A stretch of 8,593 nt of DNA from a virus. Lineage: Duplodnaviria; Heunggongvirae; Uroviricota; Caudoviricetes. A program made the position numbers and the translations under genes. Shown here piece after piece: positions 7,873 to 8,593 of the stretch. Numbering within the stretch: position 1 is the first letter of the stretch; the number at the start of each line of letters is the position of its first letter. The stretch spans positions 1-8,593 of the IMG/VR virus record IMGVR_UViG_2657245015_000017. One strand, 5' to 3'. A model generated the notes under the pieces. It saw nothing but the letters and a program-made list of their open reading frames with translations. It did not search any database and had not been told where the DNA came from.

Positions 7873-8183
7873 GCGCTGCAAAATTATCTGCTGTTTTTAA
7901 CCTTTTCTTAAAGATTATTTCACTTATCTTGTGTCGATTTGGCTTTATCACATAGAGCAAATACGCATAAAAATTTGTTAAATACCGTTTTTTAATCCGA
8001 GCTATAGTCTCAAACCCTGGCTAAAGTTATTCTTGCGATGCTTTTATATAGCGAGCAGTGCTGGCCGGGAGAGAGTTCTCTTTTCTTACACCGCGCCGAT
8101 AAAAAAATATGCACGTTTATTGCATATCTTTCAGTGTGACAACTTTTGTTCGTTTGTTAACGAACTTTCAGAAGGAAAGAGAT

Positions 8184-8593
<410 letters not shown>

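Noticed and set aside
7693-7911. 72-aa plus-strand ORF overlapping the ybjN 3' end and the downstream hairpin
   Set aside because: Out of frame with ybjN and extends across the hairpin region; no supporting features.
8107-8127. Possible sigma-54 promoter upstream of potF
   Set aside because: The -24 element reads TGCAC rather than GGCAC; the GG dinucleotide is essentially invariant in sigma-54 promoters, so I treat this only as a palindrome.
8109-8183. Upstream in-frame extension of potF ([10 protein letters not shown]...)
   Set aside because: PotF begins [11 protein letters not shown] at ATG 8184 with a good Shine-Dalgarno; the extension covers the promoter and palindrome region.

Overview
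The window reads as a three-part composite of E. coli-type sequence. The core (170-8483) is the right end of a P2-like prophage (3' end of tape-measure gene T, tail genes U and D, late activator ogr) ending next to the sRNA gene rybB, followed by the chromosomal block ybjL (-), ybjM (+), grxA (-), ybjC-nfsA-rimK-ybjN (+) and the first 100 codons of potF (+). The two ends are not contiguous with this core: 1-169 is an internal fragment of a garL-type HpcH/HpaI aldolase gene (minus strand), and 8484-8593 is an internal fragment of lacZ (plus strand, out of frame with potF). I found no candidate novel defence or toxin system and no cargo genes between D/ogr and the prophage end. The points worth a second look are the two abrupt junctions, the prophage end sitting at an sRNA 3' end, and a few intergenic repeats and palindromes. 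All identifications come from reading the sequence against recalled protein and RNA sequences; no database search was run.
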